This document shows, piece by piece, positions 1-12,500 of a DNA stretch of 64,000 nt. The translations under genes were made by a program, and so were the position numbers. The stretch comes from Macrostomum lignano (taxonomy: Eukaryota): contig NIVC01000069.1 in assembly GCA_002269645.1 (NCBI GenBank), positions 62,001 through 126,000 of the forward strand, given 5' to 3'. The notes below the pieces were generated by a model, which was given only the letters and a program-made list of their open reading frames with translations, was not told the DNA's origin and searched no databases. The first letter of the stretch is position 1. Each line of letters begins with the position of its first letter.

Positions 1-255
1 TAAGGGACAGGGGCGCCAACTAAGAGACAGGGGCGCCAACTAAGAGACAGGGTCGCCAACTAAGGGACAGGGGCGCCAACTAAGGGACAGGGGCGCCAAC
101 TAAGGGACAGGGGCGCCAACTAAGAGACAGGGGCGCCAACTAAGAGACAGGGGCGCCAACTAAGGGACAGGGGCGCCAACTAAGGGACATGGTCGCCAAC
201 TAAGGGACAGGGGCGCCAACTAAGGGACAGGGGCGCCAACTAAGAGACAGGGGCC
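1..255. repeat. 20-bp minisatellite (TAAGRGACAGGGGCGCCAAC)n, intronic; runs off the window start
   Basis: About 12 tandem units visible directly; the reverse complement of the unit forms the array at ~48030-48470. Confidence 0.95.
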
Positions 256-491
256 TTAACTATGAGCGCATGGCGCCCTTCTGCCATGAGACAGAGACAG
301 GGGCGCCTACCAAGAGCCATCACTACCACAAGTACACAGCACTTAGCTTCATTTTAGCTTTGGAAGTCCAGCTGAGATATACGGTACATTGTGAATTTAA
401 TGTTGAAATACTGGAAACTTCCTTTAAAGTGAAAAATGGACTACAGTATACTTTTTGCCAACAACCAATGCAAATTAGCTGTCTACCAAAG

Positions 492-935
492 CAGACACGA
501 CCCATTGCCTCCATCGCAGACGCCTACGCCCACGTGCAGCTGAGCACACTCACTCCACACAGCTGCACAGCTCTCAACAAGAGAACCAACTTGGCCAAGG
601 TGTGTAAACAACCGATCGAATCCAGCAACGCAGACTCCGCAGCATCCGCTGTTGAATGGAACCAAGCGCTCACGTTTTCCCTAACTGACTCGAGCATGCT
701 GAAAGCCCAGTTGGACATCTGCCTGTTCGCGAGAGCCAAGCACGACTGGCGCAACTTGTCGCTGCGACGGTGGCTGAGCCAGCAAGACAAGAAGCTGCTG
801 GTTGGCTGTCTGAGGCTCAGCGCAGAGGCTGGAATCAACCAGCTGTGCCGCAGGCACTGGACGGCTGCGCGAGACAACGGCGGCCAGACGGCGGTGACCA
901 TGTGGCACCAGCTCAGTGACCCACCTTGGCACTGA
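492..935 (+). CDS. Terminal exon of a synaptotagmin-like gene (C2B-type domain); upstream exons lie outside the window
   Basis: Translation shows C2 hallmarks: DAYAHVQL, KRT, EWNQALTFSL, LDICLF, VGCLRL, HW...WHQL, then TGA at 933-935. In-frame AG acceptors end at 491 or 494. Loop-3 acidic residues appear replaced (FARAKHD). Confidence 0.75.
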   Translation, partial: QTRPIASIADAYAHVQLSTLTPHSCTALNKRTNLAKVCKQPIESSNADSAASAVEWNQALTFSLTDSSMLKAQLDICLFARAKHDWRNLSLRRWLSQQDKKLLVGCLRLSAEAGINQLCRRHWTAARDNGGQTAVTMWHQLSDPPWH

Positions 936-1039
936 TGTGTGACTCGCAATTGCAAATACTCAACACTTATACTGACAGCATTAGTAGTGAGCTTCGCTTT
1001 TATAGTTAGACTATAGACACTACTGTCGAGTTGCAGACT

Positions 1040-1500
1040 AGCTGACTGTCTGACTGACTGTCTGACTGGCTGACTGTCTGACTGACTGTCTGACTGTCTG
1101 ACTGACTGTCTGACTGACTGGCTGACTGTCTGACTGACTGGCTGACTGACTGACTGTCTGACTGTCTGACTGTCTGACTGACTGTCTGACTGGCTGACTG
1201 TCTGACTGACTGACTGTCTGACTGACTGTCTGACTGACTGACTGACTGACTGTCTGACTAACTGACTGACTGTCTGACTGACTGGCTGACTGACTGACAC
1301 TGACTGACTGACTGACTGACTGACTGACTGACTGACTGTCTGACTGACTGACTGACTGACTGACTGCCTGACTGACTGACTGCCTGACTGACTGACTGAC
1401 TGACTGACTGGCTGACTGACTGACACTGACTGACTGACTGAGTGACTGACTGACTGACTGACTGACTGACTGACTGACTGACTGACTGACTGACTGACTG
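1040..1500. repeat. (GACT)n / (CTGA)n tetranucleotide microsatellite
   Basis: Direct reading; explains the SVSQ-repeat ORFs. Confidence 0.97.
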
Positions 1501-2094
1501 ATCAGCTGAGCGACTAGTTAAGTGAATGATGGACGGACAAAAAGCTTTGCTTTGAGACACTGAAGCAAAACTTTATCTAAACCTTAACTATTCAAAGCAC
1601 GAGGTTTAAGGAGTAAAATAAACAATTGCATAGCAGCAACAAAAATGATCAAATAGTTTCGTGTTAAGCGTCGAGGTACAGATGATGAATAAGATTTGAC
1701 AAGCGGCTTGTTACAGACAAATTTATTTCGCGATAACACATGTAATGAATTAACCAAAGTATGCTCATACAATGAGAACTTGCTCATGCAATTTTAAACT
1801 TGGAAAAATGAATCGTTTGAAATTTTTTAAAGTGAAAAAAGGAAGGCAGAAATACCATAACAGAATGGACTGATGAATATAAGCAGTGAATGCCTAAACC
1901 ATACTACTGAAAGTAGGTGGAAATTATATCAGAAATTTACAATTACGAGCTTATGTTAGTTATGGCATTATATAAATGAACAGTTTATAACTGACAAGTT
2001 TGTATTGACACTCAAAAATGTTTTATCGTTACCTTCAATAGCATTAATTGTGTGGGCAATTTATATTATCTCATCTGGCTTTCCAGTAATTTAG

Positions 2095-3260
2095 GGATTT
2101 TTAAGAACGGTTTTTACAGATTTTTAAGAATGGCTTGGCTTTAGGACTTTCTAAGAATGGTTTTAGGGCAATTTCTAAGAATGGTATTAGGGCGATTTCT
2201 AAGAATGGTATTAGGGCGATTTCTAAGAATGGTATTAGGGCGATTTCTAAGAATGGTTTTAGGGCGATTTCTAAAAATGGTATTAGGGCGATTTCTAAGA
2301 ACGGTTTTAGGGCGATTTCTAAGAATGGTTTTAGGGCGATTTCTAAGAATGGTTTTAGGGCGATTTCTAAGAATGGTTTTAGGGCGATTTCTAAAAATGG
2401 TATTAGGGCGATTTCTAAGAACGGTTTTAGGGCGATTTCTAAGAATGGTTTTAGGGCGATTTCTAAGAATGGTTTTAGGGCGATTTCTAAGAATGGTTTT
2501 AGGGCGATTTCTAAAAATGGTATTAGGGCGATTTCTAAGAACGGTTTTAGGGCGATTTCTAAGAATGGTATTGAGGCGATTTCTAAGAATGGTTTTAGGG
2601 CGATTTCTAAGAATGGTTTAGGGCGATTTCTAAGAATGGTTTTAGGGCGATTTCTAAGAACGATTTTAGGGCGATTTCTAAGAACGGTTTTAGGGCGATT
2701 TCTAAGAATGGTATTGAGGCGATTTCTAAGAATGGTTTTAGGGCGATTTCTAAGAACGGTTTTAGGGCGATTTCTAAGAACGGTTTTAGGGCGATTTCTA
2801 AGAATGGTTTTAGGGCAATTTCTAAGAATGGTATTAGGGCGATTTCTAAGAATGGTTTTAGGGCAATTTCTAAGAATGGTATTAGGGCAATTTCTAAGAA
2901 TGGTATTAGGGCGATTTCTAAGAATGGTTTAGGGCTTTCTAAGAATGGAAATCAACAATTCTAAGAATGGTTTTAGGGCGATTTCTAAGAATGGTTTTAG
3001 GGCAATTTCTAAGAATGGTATTAGGGCAATTTCTAAGAATGGTATTAGGGCGATTTCTAAGAATGGTTTAGGGCTTTCTAAGAATGGAAATCAACAATTC
3101 TAAGAATGGTTTTAGGGCAATTTCTAAGAATGGTTTTAGGGCAATTTCTAAGAATGGTATTGAGGCGATTTCTAAGAGTGATTTTAAGACGATTTCTAAG
3201 AATGGCTTTAGGGCTTTGGGGCTAAGAATGGAAATTAACAATTCTAAGAATGGTTTTAGG
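2095..3260. repeat. 24-bp minisatellite (GGTTTTAGGGCGATTTCTAAGAAT)n
   Basis: Dozens of tandem units; produces the GFRAISKN/VLGRFLRM repeat ORFs. Confidence 0.97.
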
Positions 3261-3463
3261 GTTAAAGCTGTTAAGGAAATACAAAATTTGATGAGCCCCA
3301 CTGTCTAAATGCAATTACAAGTATGCTGTTATATTATTGTAACACACAAATTGGCCCTTATTTACAAGTTGTTAAAAGGAAAATCATAGAAAATATGACA
3401 GCATGACGTGATTAGGTAAGCATGACAGTTTAATTAGTGACTGAACACACTGACAACACAGAG

Positions 3464-5570
3464 TCACAGGTCCTCCTTGCTCCACTGAGACCTCTTGTCC
3501 GTGAGCGGCACGTAGATCACGCCCATCAGACTCTCGCGCCTCACCGATCCGTCTGGCAGTTTGTCGATTTGCATTAGCGACTGACTGCCGCCGGCGGGAC
3601 CTTCGGGACAAACTAGCCTGCCGCCAGCCTTCAGCTGATCAATCAGGGCCTTTGGAAATTGTTGAATAAAGTTTCAGCATGAAATCTGAGCCAGTTTTGA
3701 ATAGCTGTTAGCAAGAGTTAAGAGAACATAAGTATTGCTACTTTGTTTTGAAATTACAGCGACTACAGATAATGACGCTACAGATTTTAGATAATGGCAC
3801 TACAGATTTTAGATAATGGCATGGCACTCTAGGTTTTAGATAATGGCACTACAGATTTTAGATAATGGCATGGCACTCTAGGTTTTAGATAATGGCACTA
3901 CAGATTTTAGATAATGGCATGGCACTCTAGATTTTAGATAATGGCACTCCAGATTTTAGATATTGGCATGCCACTCTAGATTTTAGATAATGGCACTCCA
4001 GATTTTAGATAATGGCACTCTAGGTTTTAGATAATGGCACTCCAGATTTCAGATAATGGCACTCTAGATTTTAGATAATGGCACTACAGATTTTAGATAA
4101 TGGCACTCCAGATTTTAGATAATGGCACTCCAGATTTTAGATAATGGCACTACAGATTTTAGATAATGGCACTACAGATTTCAGATAATGGCATGGCACT
4201 CTAGATTTTAGATAATGGCACTCCAGATTTCAGATAATGGCACTCTAGATTTTAGATAATGGCACTACAGATTTTAGATAATGGCACTCCAGATTTTAGA
4301 TAATGGCACTACAGATTTTAGATAATGGCACTCCAGATTTTAGATAATGGCACTCCAGATTTTAGATAATGGCACTACAGATTTTAGATAATGGCACTAC
4401 AGATTTTAGATAATGGCACTACAGATTTTAGATAATGGCATGGCACTCTAGATTTTAGATAATGGCACTCCAGATTTTAGATAATGGCATGGCACTCTAG
4501 GTTTTAGATAATGGCACTCCAGATTTTAGATAATGGCACTCTAGGTTTTAGATAATGGCACTTCAGATTTCAGATAATGGCACTCCAGATTTCAGGTAAT
4601 GGCACTCCAGATTTTAGAAAATGGCACTCCCGATTTTAGATAAAGGCACTTCAGATTTTAGATAATGACATTACAGGTTTCAGATAATGGCACTACAGGT
4701 TTCAGATAATGGCACTACAGGTTTCAGATAATGGCAATCTAGGTTTTAGATAATGGCTCTCCAGATTTTAGAAAATGGCACTCTAGGTTTTAGAAAATGG
4801 CACTCTAGATTTTTTATAGTAGCAATCTAAGTTATTCGACATTGTAAACTAAAATTTCAAAGCAGATTCTACCATTAAAATATAAAAAATCAGCTTGTCT
4901 CCACTCCAAACCTGTGGAATCGGATTGGCCGCTGCACCGACGTGAATCGCATCGTAGGGACCGGCCTCCGGGTAGCCCAATCGGCCGTCACCCGTAACCA
5001 TGGTGATAATGCCGTCGTCAAGGCGACGCGACGTAAGCGGAGATTTTCGCAGATTTTCAACTGATTGTCGTACCTGCCAGAAATTATAAATTTCTTGCGT
5101 CATTTTTAACAGATCTAAGTAAATAATTCCTTCAGTGTGCTAATATTGCTACTTTAAGTAAGCTAAAAGATGCAGAGTTGATTTTTAAAAGCAAAATTTA
5201 AATTCAAACGAACCAGAGATTCAATATGATCGATGCCGACAACTTTTCCGCCAGACTCTGCAACCAGCTCAGCCATGCAAGCGGTTAAATAGCCGGAGCC
5301 GGAGCCAACATCGAGTACCCGAGCTGAAGGTTTAGTCAGCTGGTGCGACAGAACCTCGAGAGCGTGGGCGTGCATGTGCGGAGCAGAGATGGTCACCCCA
5401 TAGCCAATGCCCTGTGGCGAATCTTCGTAGGCTTTTGTGCCGGGTAGGACAAAATTTGCTCGATCGACTCGACGCATCGCGGCTTCAACAGCTGGCGAAC
5501 GGAGGATGCCATTTTTTGCTAGCCGACTGATCAACTGCTCGTGAGAGCTGCCGGAGCTGCGCCAGGCCAT
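3464..5570 (-). CDS. PCMT1: Protein-L-isoaspartate(D-aspartate) O-methyltransferase, 3 exons (5570-5214, 5073-4912, 3649-3464)
   Basis: MAWRSSG start, [22 protein letters not shown] motif, [36 protein letters not shown]. All junctions are GT-AG and in frame. Confidence 0.96.
3770..4812. repeat. 22-bp minisatellite (CAGATTTTAGATAATGGCACTA)n with 27-bp variants, filling PCMT1 intron 2
   Basis: Direct reading. Confidence 0.95.
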
Positions 5571-5763
5571 GGCAACTGGTGCTGCTGTTTGCCAAGTAGA
5601 AATAGTAACAATCCCAAATTGAGCTACTGTTAGTAGCCAGTACAGTGTAGTGGCGAATTTATTTATACCAATTATTGACAGTGACAGTGGTAGACTCAGC
5701 GAAATCATGAAGTATTTTGGGGAAGAAGCAAACTGGTAGAGTTAGTAGATTATTAAATATTAA

Positions 5764-6178
5764 ATAATATAGCATTTCCCGGTCAATTTGGTCCTAGAAT
5801 TACTCAATTTAATCTGCAATAGATAATCCTATTCATTCCGCCATCACTAGAGATATGTCTATGGCCAAATATGATGTTTTGTTCCACTCAATTTAATCCG
5901 GGTGGGGGTGCACTTATTTTGCATATTTCTTTTTCTGATTTCCTTCTCTGTCAGCAGTGACAAAGCTGGCACAACTTTCTGAGTCACTCATTCTTGCTTA
6001 TTAATGGCTTTTAAAGTAAATACGTGAAACAAGTGCCCCCAGGATTAAATTGAGTGGAATGAAACAGCATATTTGGCCATAGACATATCTCTAGTGATGG
6101 TGGAATGAATTGGAATTCTCTATTGCGGATTAAATTGAGTGATTCTAAGACCAAATTGACCGGGAAATGCTATATTAT
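5764..6178. mobile_element. Foldback / MITE-like element with ~160-bp imperfect inverted arms
   Basis: 5764 ATAATATAGCATTTCCCGGTCAATTTGGTC... is the reverse complement of ...GACCAAATTGACCGGGAAATGCTATATTAT 6178; the inner arms CCATCACTAGAGATATGTCTATGGCCAAATAT also pair. Confidence 0.8.
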
Positions 6179-7515
6179 ACTGTGGCTATCCAGAAAGTTG
6201 AGATTAATTGAGCAAGAAAGAAGCAAATTATTGACATGGCACATATATAATCTCAATAATAACTCATATTTCTATGGTAAAAATTTTTGTCCTTCTAATA
6301 ACAAAATTAAGGGCAAGGGTAATCCTTAAATATCAAGTGCTCAATACAAATTTAATGCAGTGAATAGTGATCAAGCGTGCAAATTTTGATAATGATTTTT
6401 TTTAAATCAGACTAACTTTATAGAAGTTTGAGAAATAACAGTTCATGAATTTTTTCACTAAAGATTTGCACTTTCAAAAAGTTTCTGCTATCTGGGTTCC
6501 CTATATTTTCTCTTAGGAGAACAAATTTGTAAGCTTTTTTTTACAATAAGGGCATAGAAAAACATGTTCAACAAGTACAAGGAAGACAATGAAATATAGA
6601 TATACATTAACAACATTAGCATGAATTAAAACAATAAGTACTAGCTTGGCCAAGGAGATCATAGTGAAGTTTGAAAAGCTGCATTGCAGTAGGCTAAAGG
6701 CCTTAACAAAAACTGCTTAAAAAGAAAGGTTTAGTAACTTATTGACTTTTGTCAAGCTATAATCAATGCAAAAGAAGATCACATTTGCCAATTAATATTA
6801 TTATTAATATTATATTATATAGTATATTTTCTAATAGTTTTGACTACTTTTTTAAAAGAAATTTTTTTTCAAAACATTCTAGATAGCCAAAGAATTATAA
6901 TTTAGAAGTTGCTATTATTATAAGTAAAAATATTCAAAAAAACAGGGTCTGCAGTACACTATTTTAGTCTCTATGCTAAATATATAAGTTAAAAATCAAG
7001 TGACCCAGTCTATTGGGCCATTAGGCATCAGGCCTTCTATCCCCTTCCCCCTAAGTCTATTGACTATATTAACCCTAGTCTATTAGAGGTGCTAGTGCTA
7101 CCTTTTTTCTGCTAAGGCCTAGCTTGTCTAATAGATATTTATTAATGACTTATCCCCTTCTATATATTGCACAAATTAGAAACCTACTGAACTTTACTTG
7201 TCTCTTTAGCATGGAGTATATAAGCCAAAATATTTGTATGTAAGCAAAATAATAACTTTTTATTTTACTATACGTAAAATTTTATAAATTATGTATATAT
7301 ACTATATTTTTAATATTTAGGCCTAGTGACCTAAGTCTAAGTCCTAATAGTCTATAAAAAACAGACTAATATTAGCAAAAGTTAAAAGCTTTTAAAAAGC
7401 TTAAGTTAAGTAAGTTAAAAAGTAAGTTAAAAAGTTAAAAGTAAGTTAAAAAGCTTTTAATATTTTTTTATGTTACCTAAAATGGCCCTAGGAATCTTCT
7501 TAGTTGGGCAGTTGG

Positions 7516-7789
7516 CATACATGCGCAACCTCCAAAATTCGGTCGGCCGTGCGACTTAGTTTTAACAAAAATGCGACTTACATGTAAAAAAACCCTAAAG
7601 CAAAATTAACGCAACTTTGGGTAAACGGCAGGAGTAACTATGACTGTCTTATTAAGCCAAAATGCCTCGTCAGCTACTTAGTGCTACTACTTGGGTGTTT
7701 TTTCGGGTGGGCATTTTTGCGACTTCCTTGGTTGGCCACCAAATCAGTTGGCCGGATCGGCCGACTTGGCCGACTGTTGCGCATGTATG
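7516..7789. mobile_element. hAT-type MITE (274 bp)
   Basis: Perfect 14-bp TIR CATACATGCGCAAC and perfect 8-bp TSD GCAGTTGG (7508-7515 and 7790-7797). An 8-bp TSD with CA-starting TIRs is characteristic of hAT. Confidence 0.88.
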
Positions 7790-9488
7790 GCAGTTGGGCT
7801 TGCTCAAATGGTATATTTTCACATATTATAGGCCTAGCTTATTCCAGGCCTAAAAAGATGTTGATTTTTATTAGTTATAAAATAAGGTCAAGTTAAACTT
7901 GACCTGGTCAAGCAGTAGAAATCCAATATTTAATACAAATAATATTTGTATTATACAAATTTAATTTTACAAATTTACAATTTACATTATTTTTACAAAT
8001 TTACAATTTTACAAATTTACACAAAAATTAAATATATCCTGTTGCCATGTACTGACATTGAGAATTGTCACATTATCTGAATATATTTTGTTGCATCGAT
8101 TTATACACTTCGTCCGCCATATTTGCTGCAATTGACCTCCCAGCGTACTCCGTAAAGAGATATTCAATTTACTTCTTATAAAAGTAAACAATTAAACCGA
8201 GAAAAACACTATATTTAATTTGCTTAATATTCTATAGGTATTATTAGCTTACACTTATAATAGCTTTAAAAAAGTGTAAGCTGTTATACACTGTACTCTT
8301 TTGTTTTTTTTCTGTTTTTTTGTTATACAGGTAATTAGTTTTACATTAAAAAGATACAATTTCAAAAAATCTTAAAATATCGCGCGGGCGAAGCAGTGAG
8401 GTGAAGGTTTCGCCGCCGTTCAGGACTTCCGAGCCACGGGCACGGAGGACTTAAAAGTATTACTTTTGCAGATATACAGAGTGGAGTTTAGGCTTCTTAC
8501 AGAATGTACGCAGCTCATTTGACCTTAGTCAAGTTTGTTATTGTTTCATTAAGCCATATGCCATGATTTAATAAGATAAGACCTCTGCGATAGCGATAGG
8601 CGCAACCAAACATCGAAAAATTGATTGTTTTGCGTCACCCGTACGAGAACCTAAGAGTTTTCCTGTCGAAAAATAAAGAGCTATTTGTCAGCTAATTTTG
8701 ACACAGCAAAATCTTATTTTCTTTATTATATCAATGGTATCATGTGTTTAAATGGTGTATTATGTAATGATAATGTTATGTTATGTATATTCAGGATATG
8801 GATCCCACATTTTTAGGTTGTAAAACAGTAATGAAAGAGACTGGTGCAAGTAACTGCAAGTAATAAGGCTATAATGTTTTCAAATTTTCGCCATCGAAAA
8901 TATGTCAAATGTATTTCACTTTAGTTGATATCAATCTGCTATATCTTTGCTATCATAACTTGTATCTTAAGATTGTTGCTGACTTGGAAACTTGAATAAC
9001 GAAATCCTTTTGCAAGTTAGGATTAAAGAAAAAAATTGTAGAATAAATAGCTTTTCAAGATTTTTCTTGCTTAATTGTTTTTTATTTTATCAACTTATGC
9101 TGGCACTATTATGAACATGTAGGATAATAACCTAATTCATTATTTATCTAGCAGGTATTAGCTAGACTAATAATAAAAAAGCTTAATCTGATTTTATAGC
9201 GACTAAAAATCTTAAATCTTTATTTTTTGTCAAATAAATCTCAAGGCAATTTACAATTGCATTACAAACTATTTACACAGTCTTTTCATTACCTTCAAAT
9301 GACCACTTGACCATTGCAATGTTAAGACTTTTATTCACTTCAAAGATAAATAACGTTCATTTCAAGGCTAGCACACTCACTGCTTCTTATCTCAAAGCTT
9401 TACAGTCAATTGTATATTCACTTTTTATCTTGATCTGTAAAGCTTCAGAAAAATATACAAAGTATATATTGCAATTGAACTAAACGAA

Positions 9489-9510
9489 CGAACTATCAAT
9501 TTATTGCATG
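9489..9510 (+). other. Sequence resembling the 3' end of the flatworm (Macrostomum) spliced leader
   Basis: CGAActaTCAATTTATTGCATG versus the recalled SL 3' end CGAAGACTCAATTTATTGCATG (19/22, last 15 nt exact); 43 nt upstream of the AMPD ATG. The SL consensus is from memory and must be verified. Confidence 0.5.
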
Positions 9511-9553
9511 ATATCAGCTTCTATCATCAAAATCCTACACAATAGACAGTCCA

Positions 9554-12500
9554 ATGGAACTCGAAGAAGCTGACTCGGCAGCGTTGGACAATGACTCAAC
9601 TCTGGAGCTGCAGCAGCTGCAGTCGCTTGGATCGGAAATAATGCACAAGTATGCCAACTCTGATGGCTCTAAAATTGACTTCAATATTGGCAAGTTTCCA
9701 ATTCAAAAGATCGAAAGTGAGCAGCACAAAATCATGCACGAACGAGCTGCAGGCGTCGGGCCTCTGGAGGCGCCGGAGGCTGCTCCAGCTGTTGATGCAC
9801 ATTCGATGAAAAATTCAGCAATGGAAGATGCAGTGGCAGCCGAGATTGCTGCCGCCAAATTGACTGCATCTGTTGGTGCGCCGGAGCCTGTGGCAGCCAC
9901 TTCCGCCCCCGTGGCAGGGTGGGCCGCGTACGATCCTGTGGGTCGACAAATCAGGAAAATTCCATTCCAACGTGTGAAGATTAGCGGTGACGTTGAGTGC
10001 CACATGCAGGTTGGTTTAGCGCTGGACTTGCGACTTTGCGTATTGAAAATTGCTAACTTCATTATTGTGGGGTCACATTTTCTGTAGCTTGTTGGTGCAC
10101 GTGTCTTCGGCGTGTTTAGTGTTCTTCATTTTGCGTTTAGTTTGTGTGTAACAATTTTTGGCTTAGTTTGTGTGTCACATATTGTCTAGATTGTGTCACA
10201 TATTGTCTAGATTGTGTCACATATTGTCTAGATTGTGTCACATATTGTCTAGATTGTGTCACATATTGTCTAGATTGTATCACATATTGTCTAGATTGTT
10301 TCACGTATTGTCTAGATTGTTTCACACATTGTCTAGATTGTGTCACATATTGGCTAGTTTGTGATAGTGTCACATATTGGCTAGCTTGTGTGGGGCACAT
10401 ATTGGCTAGTTTGTGATAGTGTCACATATTGGCTGGCTTGTGTGTGTCACATATTGGCTAATTTGTAATAGTGTCACATATTGGCTAGCTTGTGTGCGTC
10501 ACAGGCAACTATATTCGGCTGTTGCTAAATAATAAAAATTTTATATTTTAATTATTTGACAGCAGAATTGTCAAACAGTAGCAAGCAGAACTTTTACAAG
10601 AAGCTTTTAGCTATAAGGCGTAAATGCTTAGAACAAATTTGAAGATAAAAGAATATTTTAGCACCACCTGCTCAAAATGACATGACATTGTAGATTCTTA
10701 ACCAAAGGCACTCAGAGTTTGTGCAGCACGCTTCAACTAGAATCAACTTAGATTAGATTACTGCAAACACTTCTGCCCTGGCCCTGCTACGGTTGGGTCG
10801 TTTTCTTAGTAGAAGTAATCTAAAAACTTCTGCAGAGCTATACTGTTGACGCTTTAGAAACTGTTTATTTTACTACAAGTTAATTCATTAATTCTAAGCG
10901 TAGCCACGCCTGGCACTTGAAACAGTAAAGCGCTGTAAAAATACGATTACCCACTTTAAAAACACGATTAACCCACTTTAATAACACGATTACCCACTTT
11001 AAAAACACGATTAACCCACTTTAATAACACGATTACCCACTTTAAAAACACGATTACCCACTTTAAAAACACGATTACCCACTTTAATAACACGATTACC
11101 CACTTTAAAAACACGATTAACCCACTTTAATAACACGATTACCCACTTTAAAAACACGATTAACCCACTTTAATAACACGATTACCCACTTTAAAAACAC
11201 GATTAACCCACTTTACAAACGGTACGGTTGCCTGACTTCAAAGTACGGTTGCCTGACTTTAAATTACGGTTGCCTGACTTCAAATTACGGTTGCCTGACT
11301 TCAAATTACGGTTGCCTGACTTCAAATTACGGTTGCCTGACTTCAAATTACGGTTGCCTGACTTCAAATTACGGTTGCCTGACTTCAAATTACGGTTGCC
11401 TGACTTCAAATTACGGTTGCCTGACTTCAAATTACGGTTGCCTGACTTCAAATTACGGTTGCCTGACTTCAAATTACGGTTGCCTGACTTCAAAGTACGG
11501 TTGCCTGACTTCAAATTACGGTTGCCTGACTTCAAATTACGGTTGCCTGACTTCAAAGAACGGTTGCCTGACTTCAAAGAACGGTTGCCTGACTTCAAAG
11601 AACGGTTGCCTGACTTCAAAGAACGGTTGCCTGACTTCAAATTACGGTTGCCTGACTTCAAAGAACGGTTGCCTGACTTCAAAGAACGGTTGCCTGACTT
11701 CAAAGAACGGTTGCCTGACTTCAAAGTATGGTTTCCTTCTTGAATACGTAGGAGCCAAAATTGCGACGCGTTTCTGCACACACAGATGAATTCTCTTACA
11801 TAATCCCCTGCGCCCTTCCAACAACACCAGGGCGTGTTCTCCGACGAAGACGTCGGGTCAGCTTGCGAATGCCTGATGGTGGCTATGCGGCTCCGACGGC
11901 GCTACATGCTCAGCGCCAATCAGGGTTTTTGTTCCACCGCCGCGCGCTACATGGACCGGGCGACCGCGGCTGCCGCCTCCGCTGCCCACGGCGACGGGGC
12001 CGACTACTGGGAGAAGCTGCAGCAGCACCAGCAGCACAGCGCGGACAATCACGACAGCCATCCATACGATCATCCGCCGGAGACTGACCCGCTGAGCACA
12101 GCGAATCTGCCGCCAACCCTGCCGATCAAATTCGCCATGGTAGATGGCGTTGCCACATTTCAAGTCGCCGACGGTCAGTCGCCGCCAGCGGAGCTGACCG
12201 CTGCTCTTGAGGCGGCGTCGGCGGCGTCAGTGAGTCGCGACACGTTTCTGCGCGATCACAACACCATGGTGGCGCTCATTTCGAATGGACCGTTGAAGAG
12301 TTTCACATTTCGCCGGCTGACCTACTTGCAGTCGAAGTATCAGCTGCACAGCCTGCTGAACGAGTTCAGAGAGAGCGCCGAGCAGAAGTCTGTGCCACAC
12401 AGGGACTTCTACAACATTCGCAAGGTTGACAATCACATTCATGGATCGTCCGCGATGAACCAGAAGCACCTGCTAAGGTTTATCAAGAGGAGTTTGAAGA

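Noticed and set aside
2095-3260. TTTTAGGG inside the 24-bp unit suggesting telomeric DNA
   Set aside because: Embedded in a longer complex unit; not a tandem telomere tract.
5801-5820. ACTCAATTTA resembling part of the spliced leader
   Set aside because: Only 10 nt, AT-rich, and part of a foldback arm; consistent with chance.
8380-8460. Short GC-rich island upstream of AMPD (possible ncRNA or 5' exon)
   Set aside because: No recognisable RNA family, splice donor or promoter signature.
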